A stretch of DNA of 64,000 nucleotides from Eledone cirrhosa (taxonomy: Eukaryota): the NCBI GenBank assembly GCA_964016885.1, contig OZ024742.1, positions 189,596,001 through 189,660,000 on the forward strand, read 5' to 3'. Under the pieces are notes generated by a model that was not told the DNA's origin, searched no databases, and worked only from the letters and a program-made list of their open reading frames with translations. Shown one piece after another: positions 38,855-50,725 of this stretch (within the stretch, counting starts at the first letter, position 1; every line of letters begins with the position of its first letter). The translations under genes and the position numbers were made by a program.

Positions 38855-39295
38855 TTACAGTGTGAACTGGGAGCATTTTGTCATTACACCTACATGACTG
38901 CTTTACAGGGTGGACTGGGAGCATTTTGTCATTACACCTACATGACTGCTTTACAGGGTGGACTGGGAGCATGTTGTCATTACACCTACATGACTGCTTT
39001 ACAGGGTGGACTGGGAGCATTTTGTCATTACACCTACATGGCTACTTTACAGTGTGGATTGGGTGCTTTTTGCCATGACACCCACATGACATCTTTAGAG
39101 TGTGGACAGGGCAATTTTTGTATTGACACCTACAGGGCCACTTTACATTGTGGACAGGGTGATTTTTGTCATGAACCATTCATGACCACTTTACAGTGTG
39201 GACATGACGATTTTTATCATGACACCTACATGACCACTTTACAGTGTGAACTGGGCACTTTTTATCTTGTCACCAAAATGACCATTCTAGAGTGT
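38855..39295. repeat. 48-bp tandem repeat, about 9 copies, derived from RTE 3' UTR
   Basis: TTACAGGGTGGACTGGGAGCATTTTGTCATTACACCTACATGACTGCT. Confidence 0.9.
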
Positions 39296-40629
39296 TGATA
39301 GGGGCTGGGGTGGCGGAGATACATGGGGATTGGTGACGTAGATGAGTTTTTCTTGTTTATTCTTTCTGTTGAGTAGTCAGATATTCAATACTTCAAAAAT
39401 AAGATATTTGAAAATGTGAGAATCCCAGGTGCAGAAAATAACTGTAACAACAGCCTATTGCTATAAATAATAGCTTAGAAAATTTTGTAAAATACTCTTA
39501 GGAATGAAAAAAAACTGTCCATGGCTGCTGGCCAGGTTTTCTGTCACTAGGGGCATTTTACCCGATTTTCTAAGCCATTATTTACAGTTAGAGATATGTT
39601 CTATATCTGGGATTCCCATATTTGCAATTTTCAAATGACCCTACACTTTGATAATTTATAAAAGATATATATTGTTTACCCCATGTTAACATGGAAAAAA
39701 GGACTTTAAATAATGATAATGGTGGTGATGATATATATATATTTTATATATACATGGAAAAATGTATGTTAAATGATGATGATGATGATATATTTTTAAC
39801 GATAAATTTACTTTAACTTATTTGATACAAACTCACCAGAAACTACTCTTGGTTAAATAAAGTAAAACTTTTCATTCTAAATCATTTATAAGTTAAAACC
39901 TCCAATCATAATTTTATGTTCCAGCCTCCAGGTTTACCCCTTTTTTTTACCATATTTCCAATGAAAATCTCAACTTATAATTTTCGAATAATTTTGCAAA
40001 TAATCAAAATTTTGGAGGAATTTAATAATATAATTGAATTCCTCATTATAAAGTACATGTTTGGAGCATAACTTAACCTATGTTTTTACATAAAATTGAA
40101 GTGGATGGCTTTTAGATAAATATAATTACTTTGAAATTAACAGTTTTATACCATAAAATGAGGGGCAGTTTTAGATGGTATTGTATCAAAGTGATTAGTA
40201 AGAAAAAAGCTAGCTAATATACTAAGCCACACCAAATTCTTCATATTTTTAAAAATTAATTGAAACAGACAGGCAGTATATCTTATCAGAAATATGGTCA
40301 CGAAATGGTTAATTAATTCTGATCATGTATCTTGTTAAAAGCTTAATGATCATTTTTCTGAAATTCTAATAGGCTTTTATAGATGAGGATAAATTAGAAC
40401 TATAACATCCAAGGTTATGTTGTATCAAATGACTTAGAAGAAGTTATTTACTGATTTAGCTATTATGTTACTATAAATTGTGCATGTTTGCTATAGAGAG
40501 TATCTGAATGCTTTCAATTAAGTGGATACCAACTAAATAACATATATATATATGTGTGTGTGAAATGTCAATGACTAAAAACAACACAGTACAACAACAT
40601 TAATTTAACACTTGATATAGTTGGAAAAA

Positions 40630-40668
40630 TGTCTTAATGTATCAGACAATAATCCTTCATCAGAAGAC
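40630..40668 (-). ncRNA. Degenerate ultra-minimal hammerhead
   Basis: TGTCTT CTGATGA A GGA TTATTG TCT GATA CA TT AAGACA; GAAA mutated. Confidence 0.45.
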
Positions 40669-40934
40669 AGATTGAGAGATAAGGGAAGAAATAGATAGAC
40701 AAGAGTAAGAAAGAATTACAGGATAAAAGCATGTATGTGTTTAGTCAGCCATATATAGACACAAAAATACACACATACACACATACACATATACATATAT
40801 ATATAAGATAACAAGATATCATTTAAGGTAATTCAGCTAGAGGTTATGTGTACTCTGTATCGAGGATAGATTTAACATTCAGCATTGTTTGAGTCAATAA
40901 GAAGTTTCCTTAGTCGGGTGGCCAGTTTAAGAAA

Positions 40935-41036
40935 GTATTCTGACAATTTGGTCGACTGTAATTAAAATCAAGTGACATGACTTCTAACAATCAGCAACTT
41001 TTAGACACACCGGACTAATGAAACAATTGTTAATAC
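40935..41036 (+). ncRNA. Hammerhead motif with G8 to A decay
   Basis: GTATT CTGACAA T TTGGTC...GACTAA T GAAA CAATTG TT AATAC, then AATAAA. Confidence 0.68.
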
Positions 41037-41096
41037 TTTAAATAAACCCTATTGTACAGCTGACCATGTTATTCTTAATTCTTTTACTATATATAT

Positions 41097-41853
41097 ATGT
41101 AGCGGGATAGCAGGCAAACTAACAGATAGGGAGAAATATGTATGCAGTAGATGTACAGGGAAATTAGACAGTAGAAGTCGCATTAATAGACACATTTTTC
41201 AAATGCAGGAGGGCGCTATAGAAGTGGTGGATAGCTTCCGGTGCCTAGGAGATCAGATTAGCATGGGAGGAGGGTGTTCCGAGGCCATAGTATCTAGAAT
41301 AAGGATGGGTTGGAAGAAGTTTAGGGAGCTGCTTCCTCTGTTGACGAAGAAGGGTTTCTCCCTGCGTACGAAAGGCTGGTTGTATGATGCCTGTGTGAGA
41401 AGCGCAATGCTGCATGGTAGTGAGACATGGGCAGCAACTGCAGAGGATATGCGACGGCTGGAGAGAAATGAGGCAAGCATGCTCCATTGGATGTGCAGTG
41501 TTAATGTGTGTGAATGACCCAGCATAAATGTGTTGAGAGAGAAACTGTGTCTGAGAGGGATAGAATGTAGTGTACAGGAGAGGAGACAGGTGGTATGGAC
41601 ATGTGATGCGCATGGAGGATGACCGATGGGTGAAGAAGTTCCAGGAAATGCCAGTTGAAGGAAGACGTGGTAGAGGTAGACCACGAGAAACATGGGCGGA
41701 GGTGATGAGAACAGACCTCAGATCATTGAAGCTCACGGTGGAGATGACGAAGGACCATGACGAGTGGAGAGATGCTGTGCTGAATAAGACCCGCCCCACC
41801 CTTGCAAGCAGGGAAAAGCGGACGTAAAATGATGATGATGATGATGATGATGA
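41097..41853 (+). mobile_element. 5'-truncated RTE LINE with very short 3' UTR
   Basis: GWKKFREL, MLHGSETW, GRGRPRETW; tail CCCACCCTTGCAAGCAGGGAAAAGCGGACGTAAAA(TGA)n. Confidence 0.92.
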
Positions 41854-42141
41854 TATATATATATATATACAAACACACACACACTTATATATATATATTT
41901 GTGTTAGAATAGAATTAGAATATAGTGAAAAGATTAAAACGTTAGGGGTTTCTTTACAAATCACGTGTTATAAAATGTAATGTCTGACCTTTTGATTATT
42001 TAGTAGGTTTCTGAATTAATGTGCCAAGTAATTTGATGATTTTTTTAGATTTTTTAAGATATATTTTTGTTTACTTTTCCTGGTTTCAGATGTTTTTACA
42101 GCTGAAACCAGTAAAAGTTCAGTCATTGCATTTTTCAAACC

Positions 42142-42187
<46 letters not shown>

Positions 42188-42635
42188 TACACACATGCAA
42201 TCCAACCCAAGCAACCATGGAAAAGGTGGATGTGAAAAGGATGATGATATACTTCAACACATATATTCATATATATAAATATATCATTATGACAACTATT
42301 TTAATTTTTCTATAATATCGTATATTGAAAGAACCTATATTTATCAGAGGTAGCAGATATCTAAACTCCCTCTATCTTCTTTTAAACTTTTGATCCCATG
42401 CCTGTATCCCAATGTTTGTCAAAGTGGGATCTAGAGAATTGCTGGTTTCCAAGAATAAAATCTGATGTTCCATTGGTTGAAGTGTCTTTTAATAAAATTA
42501 ATTAGAAATTTATTATATATATACTGACAGTCGATCAACTTTCGTCAAATCAGATCGAGGAAGCAATGTTTCCATTGGTGGTTCCAGTTGCTAATACTAT
42601 CCAATTCTCTAACCACTCAGCCACGTGCCTTCACA

Positions 42636-42681
<46 letters not shown>

Positions 42682-42858
42682 ATACTTGTGAAAAGACAAT
42701 GAGTAAAAACAACACAATACAACGATCATATATATTAGTTTAACTCTTGATACAGATGATAGTATTTCATCAGAAGATAGATTGAGAGATATGGAAAGAA
42801 ACAGAAAGATAGATGACAGTAAAAAGAATATTACAGGATAAAACCACATATTACTTAG

Positions 42859-42900
<42 letters not shown>

Positions 42901-43120
42901 AAATGAGGGGTTTTTTTCAAAATGAAAGAAAACGAGATGTCCTACACGAGTGAAAGTATAAGGAAAAAAGATGAAATCGAAAATGCAACTGGAGTCTTTT
43001 TAAGAATATTTATTTGTTTCCTTTACTGGTTTCACAGTTCTTATGCTTTTCAAAATTAGAATTGAGATAGAGGGTTTGTGGTTTTTCTTGCATCTCGCAT
43101 TATATATATATATATATATA

Positions 43121-43313
43121 TATAGGAAAAGAGCCAGGACCGTGACAGCTAAGCTCCGGGTTCCTGACTCTTTTCCTATTACCCACTCTACTACCCTAAA
43201 TATTGAGTACTCTGGTGCATTATAGTCCACCTGGTATCTTACAACACCCTCTATATTCTTCAATAATTAATTGAAATACAGTCTATTTCAATTAATTATT
43301 GAAGAATATAGAG
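43121..43313. repeat. Third copy of the 27.4/53.0-kb terminal repeat (centre deleted) plus adjacent AT-rich hairpin 43249-43313
   Basis: CTATTACCCACTCTACTACCCTAA shared; short inverted arm ATAGGAAAAGAG...CTCTTTTCCTAT. Confidence 0.75.
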
Positions 43314-44910
43314 TGATTTCCTAAAATTATTAATTATTTCATTACTAAGATAATAACTTAATGTAATGTTCTTATATAAAATATGTTGGAAGATTTTCAT
43401 TTAAATTGGAAACCTTTAAACTCAGAGGTTTTATTTTCATAGAACCAGAACCAGTTTTGTCCAGGTTGGTAATTAAAGGGTTAAAACATTCAAATTATGA
43501 CTCATGTATGTTTATCATACATGAGTATATCTTACATGCCTTCCTATACACATCTATTAAGAACTACGCTGTTAGTGCTAGTGCTAATTAATCCTAGTTA
43601 GTTAAGCTCACATTATATGCAAATGAGCATCTCTGGCTGATGTTTCATATACAAATTATATATCACTGGTGATTCATGAAATATATAAGCTATAGCTTAT
43701 TCTTGTCATAGTTATTGGTGATTCATAAACATCCAGATATATGTCTGATGATCTCACATGGATACTAAGATAGCTGTGACATCACCACAGCTTAAAATAT
43801 TCATAGTGAGACACATGCATGTTTATCAGACTTAAACCTACCATATATGCTTTCAGGTACACATTTAATAATGTATGTACTCTTGGGTCTCAAATAATCA
43901 TCCCCCTCACTTATTAATTTTTCAGATATTTTCCACCACCCACTGCCTAAATTTTGCTAATTTGTCTCTGGCAAAATACTATTTTAAATAGTTGTATTCC
44001 TGTGACAATTAATTTTCTTTATACATTAAATAACATAATACATGACAAAAAAAGTACATTACTTGAAATCCCATACATTATAAAATAATTAGGATGGGTT
44101 GGAGTTTCAATATGTAAACTAAACAACTAATTCTGGTTTTTTAAAATAAAAATCAATGGAGACAACCTAGAAAAATTACCGATTTTCCAATCTTCCTGCT
44201 TATTCCAAACTCCCCTATTTTGGGGGAACCAGAGAATAATATATATATTAGTATGGGTTCTGCTATTTTTGGAAAATTGTATAAGAAACGCTAGGACAAA
44301 ATCAGTTTAAGAAATACTGGTGTTTTACTATCAGTTATGAATATAAATACTTTAGTATGTAGATTGAAAGTTTAGATGTAGACAAACACGATAGGCTTCC
44401 ACCCATCTCCTACATTTCACTCACAATGTTATGGTCAGCCCAGAGCTATAACTAAAGACACTTACCAATGTGTGCTATGCAGTGGGAACGAACCCAGGGC
44501 CACATGCTTTAGAAGCAAACTTCTAAACCACACAACAGCAAGATGATGATGATATGTAGATATGTTTTATTTCAATAATTTATTTGGTTTATATGTGTGT
44601 TTCTACTCTTGTAATTTATTTTCTGAGATGTCAGTTTTATGGAACTGTCTTCCTTCTTCTTTCTCTTGTTTCCCATGTGTGTATAGATGGATGGATGTAT
44701 GCATGTATGCATGCATATATATATATATGTATAATAAGAGAGAGAGAATAAGTAGGATCAAAGCATATCTTGTAAGATATGTGAGTTTATATGTACAAAA
44801 ACAGTGTGAAATAAGGAGCAGCATCAAATAAAGTGTCTTGCTCAAGAACATAACACATCGCATGGTCCAGGAATAGAACTCACAACCCCACGATAGCGAA
44901 CAAATCCAAA

Positions 44911-44967
<57 letters not shown>

Positions 44968-45164
44968 TTTACGTATCGAGAAAGAGAAAAAAAGGAGGGA
45001 TAGGTGATACATATAGTTATTTGCCAAGTAGCGTATGCCAAAGGTGCTCGATACTAGTGCCGGCATTGTTAATATTTAGTGGGCTAGAGAGTTAGCAGAG
45101 CGTAAGCACGTGGGAAAGTAAAAAATCGGAGAATAGACCGTTAAAACATGTTTATTTAAAATAT

Positions 45165-45205
45165 CACCTACGTACGTTTCGCCCAGTTGGGCTTCTCAAG
45201 GGCAT
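45165..45205 (-). ncRNA. Minimal hammerhead, U3-A8 core variant
   Basis: TGCCC TTGAGAA GCCC AACT GGGC GAAA CGTACG TA GGTG, followed by AATAAA. Confidence 0.72.
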
Positions 45206-45524
45206 AAATAATCACAAGTGTTCCTTATATTGCTCGGAAAGAGTTTTGGGGGTTAAATCCACATCAAGGTTCATTGCTCGCAAAAATATCTTGTTTTGAT
45301 TTTGCAGCAGGTCAAGGGAGGTAACTCTGGCCGGTGTTAGGGCAGTCTCTCCCGGACCAATTTTTTTTTTTTTTTTTTGCTGCATCCGTTTGTCTGAGGC
45401 TGGGTCTGGTATGCAAGGATTGTTTCCTGGGTGTTATTTTGCAGCGCCTGCCCGCCGGAGTGTTAAGACTTGTTGCAGGGAGATCCAGTGTACTATTTCA
45501 CTCTTCATCCTTAACCCATCTGAA

Positions 45525-45945
45525 GAAGGATATTTTTAAGCGATGTGTACAACTTATCGCTGTTTCAGCTCTGCTGTTGATGAGCTCGTGGGGTGCAGTT
45601 ATGATGTGGTAGAGCTCCATGAGGCAAAGATCGCATTTCCTCTTGAAGTTTTACGGTGCAGCCCTGCCGACAATCTCCCAGTGTGTGGAGAAGCTGATGT
45701 TTAAGTCCTTTGGTGATGTGATGTAGTCCGCGAGCGAAGTGGAGTGCCTTAGTTTTCTATTTGTGAAAGAGTAGAGATGTGTTCGAAACCTAATTTTGAA
45801 CGGGCCGGAGGTGGCCCCTATATAATGTTTAACACTATTGTGGCTAGTAATAGTGCATCTATATATAACCCTATCAGTCAAGCAGTATCCTCTAAGGGGG
45901 CAGCGTTCTCTGTCGCGGCAGTTGCAATTTCTGTCGCGGTTCCGT
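45525..45945 (-). pseudogene. Penelope-like GIY-YIG endonuclease (Nematis-like Cys pattern), one internal TAA
   Basis: CNC....CPLRGYCL...VIY...HYIGAT..FK.RF..H..SF...T.L...W, then past the stop CDLCLME..I....LINSR.E...CTH. Confidence 0.9.
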
Positions 45946-46454
45946 CTATTTCCCACGGTAAGGCTATCATTGTTGCTGCCTACGTTGTTACCTACGCTAC
46001 CGCAGCTGTCATTAGCACAATTACAACCAACAGCACACGGGGTGGTGCGATTGTTATTCTGCACGTCATGTTCTGCATGTTCCCCAGCCATTTCGCGGTT
46101 ATTCTGGTTGCGTCTGCGGATGCCGTTGCCAACACTATTGGATGCTGCCAGGGAGTTGTTAAGGCCGATATAGTTATTGTCAGGTGTAGGTGCGTCTGTG
46201 TCGAGGTGCTGTGTATATATATAAAGTTATTCCGAGTTCTAGTCCTGTAGAAGCTTTTGTATATATATATATATATATAGATCAAAATAAATTATTTTAA
46301 TCTTATTATACCATAAAAGGTTCTAAAAATATATGGGCTAAAAACTAGATTTTCAGAGCTTCATTTACAAAAATTATATTTAGTTATAATAATATATAGT
46401 AAAACATAACAGTAAGTAGAAAGTACATTTAACCCATTAGCATTTAAATTGACT

Positions 46455-46788
46455 GGAAGCACATGGCTTAGTGGTTAGAGCATTGGCCTTGCAATCGAAA
46501 GGTTGTGAGTTCAATTCTCAGACCGAGTGATGTGTTGTTTCCTTGAGCAAGACACTTTATTTCACATTGTTCCAGTTTACTCAGCTGTAGAAATGAGATG
46601 ATAAGGACTGGGGTCCATATCATTCCACTGCAAAGTTGTCGTGGAGGTGCCACGGCAAAAAAGCACCCAGCACTCAGTGTAAATGAGGTTGGTGTTAGGA
46701 AGGGCATCCAGCTGTAGAAATCATGCCAGAATCAGTTCCCGTCCCACCCTTGCAAGCAGGGAAAAGCGGACGTAAAATGATGATGATG
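46455..46788 (+). mobile_element. SINE family A, full length
   Basis: As 13088. Confidence 0.9.
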
Positions 46789-47256
46789 TATCTGGCCAGA
46801 ATTCTCTCACCTCTTTCTGTTCAAACCAGCCATAACTGGCCGCTCATACCAACATTATGGTATTGTTCTCAAAATAAATAATATTAAAATCTTATAGATT
46901 CGATATTATGTTAGATATTTATAAATACAATAGTAAATATAGAATAATGTAAACGATAAAGGGGGAAGGAAAACATAATCCTACTTACATAATTGCTTAG
47001 ACTGCAGTTTCAGATGACCAAGGAAAATGCATATATATATATGTAGATGCGTTGCTGAGTGGTTAGAGAATTGGATTTAAAATCGTGAGGTTGTGAGTTC
47101 GTGTTATGTCCTTCAGCAAGACACTTTATTTCACACTGCTCCTTCTTCATGGAGTTGCAACTGATAGATAGTATTAGAAAGACCAACAGAAACATTCTTT
47201 CCTTGGTTCTGATTTGATGAAAGTCAATTGACTGTCGATATATATATATATATCAT

Positions 47257-47520
47257 GGAGGCATGTGGCCTAGTGGTAAGGGTGTTGGACTTACAATCAG
47301 AAGTCGTGGGTTTGATTCCTGGGTTGTGTGTTGTGTTCTTGAGCAAACCACTTCATTTCACGTTGCTCCAGTATACTCAGCTGAAAATGAGAGTTTAACC
47401 CTGCGATGGACTGGTGTCCTCTGCAGGGGGAGTCTTGTACGCCCAGTCGCATCATGCCATAAAACCGGGATAAGCATGGCCAAATGAGCCTCCTGGCTTA
47501 AGACAGACTTTAGACTTTAG
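47257..47520 (+). mobile_element. CORE-type SINE, TTAGACT tail
   Basis: Related to 7150-7437. Confidence 0.75.
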
Positions 47521-47534
47521 ACATATTTATGATT

Positions 47535-47725
47535 TAATTGTTTCTACTTTTTGGCACAAGGCCAGCAAATACCCAGTGCATTACTGGTACTTTATTTTAT
47601 CGACCCCGTAAGGATGAAAGGCAAAGTTAACCTCAGTGGAATTTGAACTCAGAATGGCAAGGGCCATAGCTCCATGCGTCAAAGCATGGCGTCCGACCCT
47701 CTACCAATACTGCCAATCCACCACC
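47535..47725 (-). mobile_element. SINE family B
   Basis: Family B match. Confidence 0.85.
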
Positions 47726-48807
47726 ATAGACATATATATGATTTAATGTCTGTCAAAAATTGATGACAGTTTTATTTATCAAAGAGAAAATTACTAATTT
47801 TGAAATATAATTTTGTATTATATATAATATCATCATCATTTAACATGTTAGCATGGGTTGGACGGGTCCTCACATCATCAGAGTGCTCTGGGCATTTTAT
47901 CATGGTACCAGCATCTATGGTGGTGGGAAATAAGGACAGAAGGCAGGAATGGGTCAGGAGATATTCATATTCTTTTACTGGCAGGCGAATCTTCTCCAGT
48001 ACCACATGTGACCAGTCATTTGTCACATCTGTCATTAGATTCAATTTCCTAAGCTCAGACTTCACTATTTAATTCTATATCTTACTTCATCTAACTCTTC
48101 CATGAGTCCCATCCATTAAGATTTCTCTGCACTTCTATTTTCCCTGCTAGCAAGGATTGGATGGGTGATCATTTGATCTCTCAAATGGGCTAACATCTTA
48201 TCTTACTCTCATGTATTCTCATGGCACCACAGAAACACATATTGAAATATATAGAAATATATAGTTTTCAGGTGGAATTTCAGACTTTTAGGTGTCATGA
48301 AATACTATTTGACCAGGTCTTATAATGAGAGTATGTCTAGAAGTTATTGAAGAGGCAGAGTCCTTATATGGGAGAAATAAATCATTGGTTGTTACTCCTT
48401 CATTTTATACTCATGTTCCACCTGAAAACCAACCAGTTACGGGCTTCCAGACAATAAGAGTCAAGTCAAAGTTTCTGTGTTAGCATCCTATGTAAGTTTG
48501 AGGGAGGGGAATCTGATAAAACATCATCATCATCATCATCACTTCATGTCCAATTTCCCTGCTAGCAAGATTTGGATAGGTTGTCACAGGCCAATCAGTA
48601 ATCAAGTAGAGCTACTGATCTCTTGTATGACTTGAGGAGTGGAAGGGGACCTGTATCTCATTTACATACATTTCACACTATATCAATTTCTTTGATGGGA
48701 CTGTATTTCACTTATGTATGATCCTGTGCTCTATTGAGTGAATTTTATATCTAATAGTTATGCTTTACCTAATGGCTTTCAACAAGAGATTATTATATTT
48801 CATAACA

Positions 48808-48997
48808 AGGGTGGTGGATTGGCAGTATCGGTAGAGGGTCGGATGCCATGCTTTCCAGCATAGTTACGTCCCTTTACGATCTGAGTTCAAATCCCGCCGA
48901 GGTTGACTTTGCCTTTCATCCTTACGGGGTCGATAAAATAAAGTACCAGTAATGCACTGGGTAATTGCTGGCCTTGTGCCTAAAGTAGAAACAATTA
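48808..48997 (+). mobile_element. SINE family B, well preserved
   Basis: A-box-like TGGCAGTATCGG, B box GAGTTCAAATCC, central GCCTTTCATCCTTACGGGGTCGATAAAATAAAGTACC, TTA-type tail. Confidence 0.88.
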
Positions 48998-49074
48998 TAT
49001 TTCATAACATTTATTTAATCCGGTAAAGATAATCATTAGAGTAAAGACATATTTAGTTTATTCATATTTCTCAT

Positions 49075-49880
49075 TAAGTCATCATGTTCCTACAACTGGT
49101 GCAGCCAGTTATTGGGATGTCACTCTAGATGCTTTTGCAGTCAGTTGTCACTACTAATCTCTATTTTCCATCATGTGTAGAAAGGTCTTGGTGTTGTGAC
49201 CAGTCCAGTCTTTGATGTTGTTGGACTAGGATTTTCTTTGTCTGCCACTTCTTCACTCTCGACTGTGTGCTGAAGGATGGTTTTGGAGATGTGGTGGCTT
49301 ATATGATCATACCAGGCAAGCTTCTATCTTTTCACTATCGCACTGTCTGCCAGCATATTTGTTAATTTGCTGCTTGACAAGGCTGTTTGTACTCCATGTA
49401 TGGGATGTGCAGTGTCCTTCTGAAACACTTGTGCTCAAATGACTGGATTTTTCATTCAATGTCAGCTGTAGAGTCCAACACTCACACCCACACAAAAAGA
49501 TCGAATTCACCAAGGACTTGTAGAGTTTGAGCTTCATTGGAAAACTGATGGAGTTGCTTTTCCATATGACATTCAGCTTTCTCATGGCTGAAGTGGCCAG
49601 GGTGAGTCTTGTCAGTATCTCCTTTTAAGATCTGCCATCTTTGGTCAGAGTGGATCCTAGGTATTTGAAGGTGTCCACTTCTTCAAATTTTCCTCCATTC
49701 AGCGTGATGTTGATTATTGTATTCTGATTATCAATGTTAACTAGAATCTTGCTCTTTTTGCTCTTTTCTGAGCTGATATCCATTCCATATGCTCCTGATA
49801 CTTTTCCAGTCTGGTACTGAGCTCCTGGTGTTCTGATTCACTGCTTCTTAACAGGTTAATGTCATCAGCAAATCACAGTT
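49075..49880 (-). pseudogene. Decayed RTE LINE RT fragment
   Basis: FADDINL, GMDISSEK, FKYLGS, KLKLYKSLV..IFLCGCECWT. Confidence 0.82.
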
Positions 49881-50337
49881 CATATACTTACTGAATCATA
49901 AAGTTCATTATTTGGCATAATTGTAATTGGGATAAATAAATCAGCTTAACTAATACGTTTAACACTTTTTATATAAAACTACTCTCTTGTTCCATGATAC
50001 AAAGCTCTTTAGCTTTAAATGATTATATTTGTCTAAAAACTTTCCATCATAATTTTATGTTAGAATCTTTGGTAAATTATATTCAAAACACTAGCTTTAT
50101 AATGAGAAAGTTAGTCATATTACTAAAATACTCCTAAATTATTAATCATTTTTAATATATTTTGAAAATTATGAACATCTTTCATAAGAAATATCATAAC
50201 CAAATTCAACTTTGCTTTATATCCTTCCTGGATTGATAAAATAAAATACCAGTTATATATTTGGTCGATATATTTGACTCCCCTTTACCCATATCGCTGG
50301 CCTTGTTTCAATGTTAGAAAGAATTATTATTATTAAT

Positions 50338-50725
50338 AAGGTGAATTGGCAGTATTGGTAGAGGGTTGAACCCCATGCTTTGATGCATAGAGTTACGGCC
50401 CTTGCCATTCTGAGTTCAAATTCCACCGAGGATAACTTTGCCTTTCATCCTTACGGGGGTCGATTAAATAAAGTACCAGTAATACACTGGGATAATTGCT
50501 AGCCTTGTGCAAAAAGTAGAAACAATTATTAAGGTGGATTGGCAGTATTGGTAGAGCGTTGGACACCATGCTTTGATGCATAGAGTTACGGCCCTTGCCA
50601 TTCTGAGTTCAAATCCCGCCGAGGTTAACTTTGCCTTTCATCCTTACGGGGTTGATAAAATAAAGTACCAGTAATGCACTGACTGGGTAATTGCTGGCCT
50701 TGTGCCAAAAGTAGAAACAATTATT
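50338..50725 (+). mobile_element. Two SINE family B copies in tandem
   Basis: 50338-50530 and 50532-50725, head to tail. Confidence 0.85.

Noticed and set aside
38807-39298. 163-aa Cys/His repeat ORF
   Set aside because: It is a by-product of a 48-bp (multiple of 3) tandem repeat from an RTE UTR
45651-45653. Selenocysteine recoding in the GIY-YIG domain
   Set aside because: The internal stop is TAA, not TGA, and is most simply a nonsense mutation
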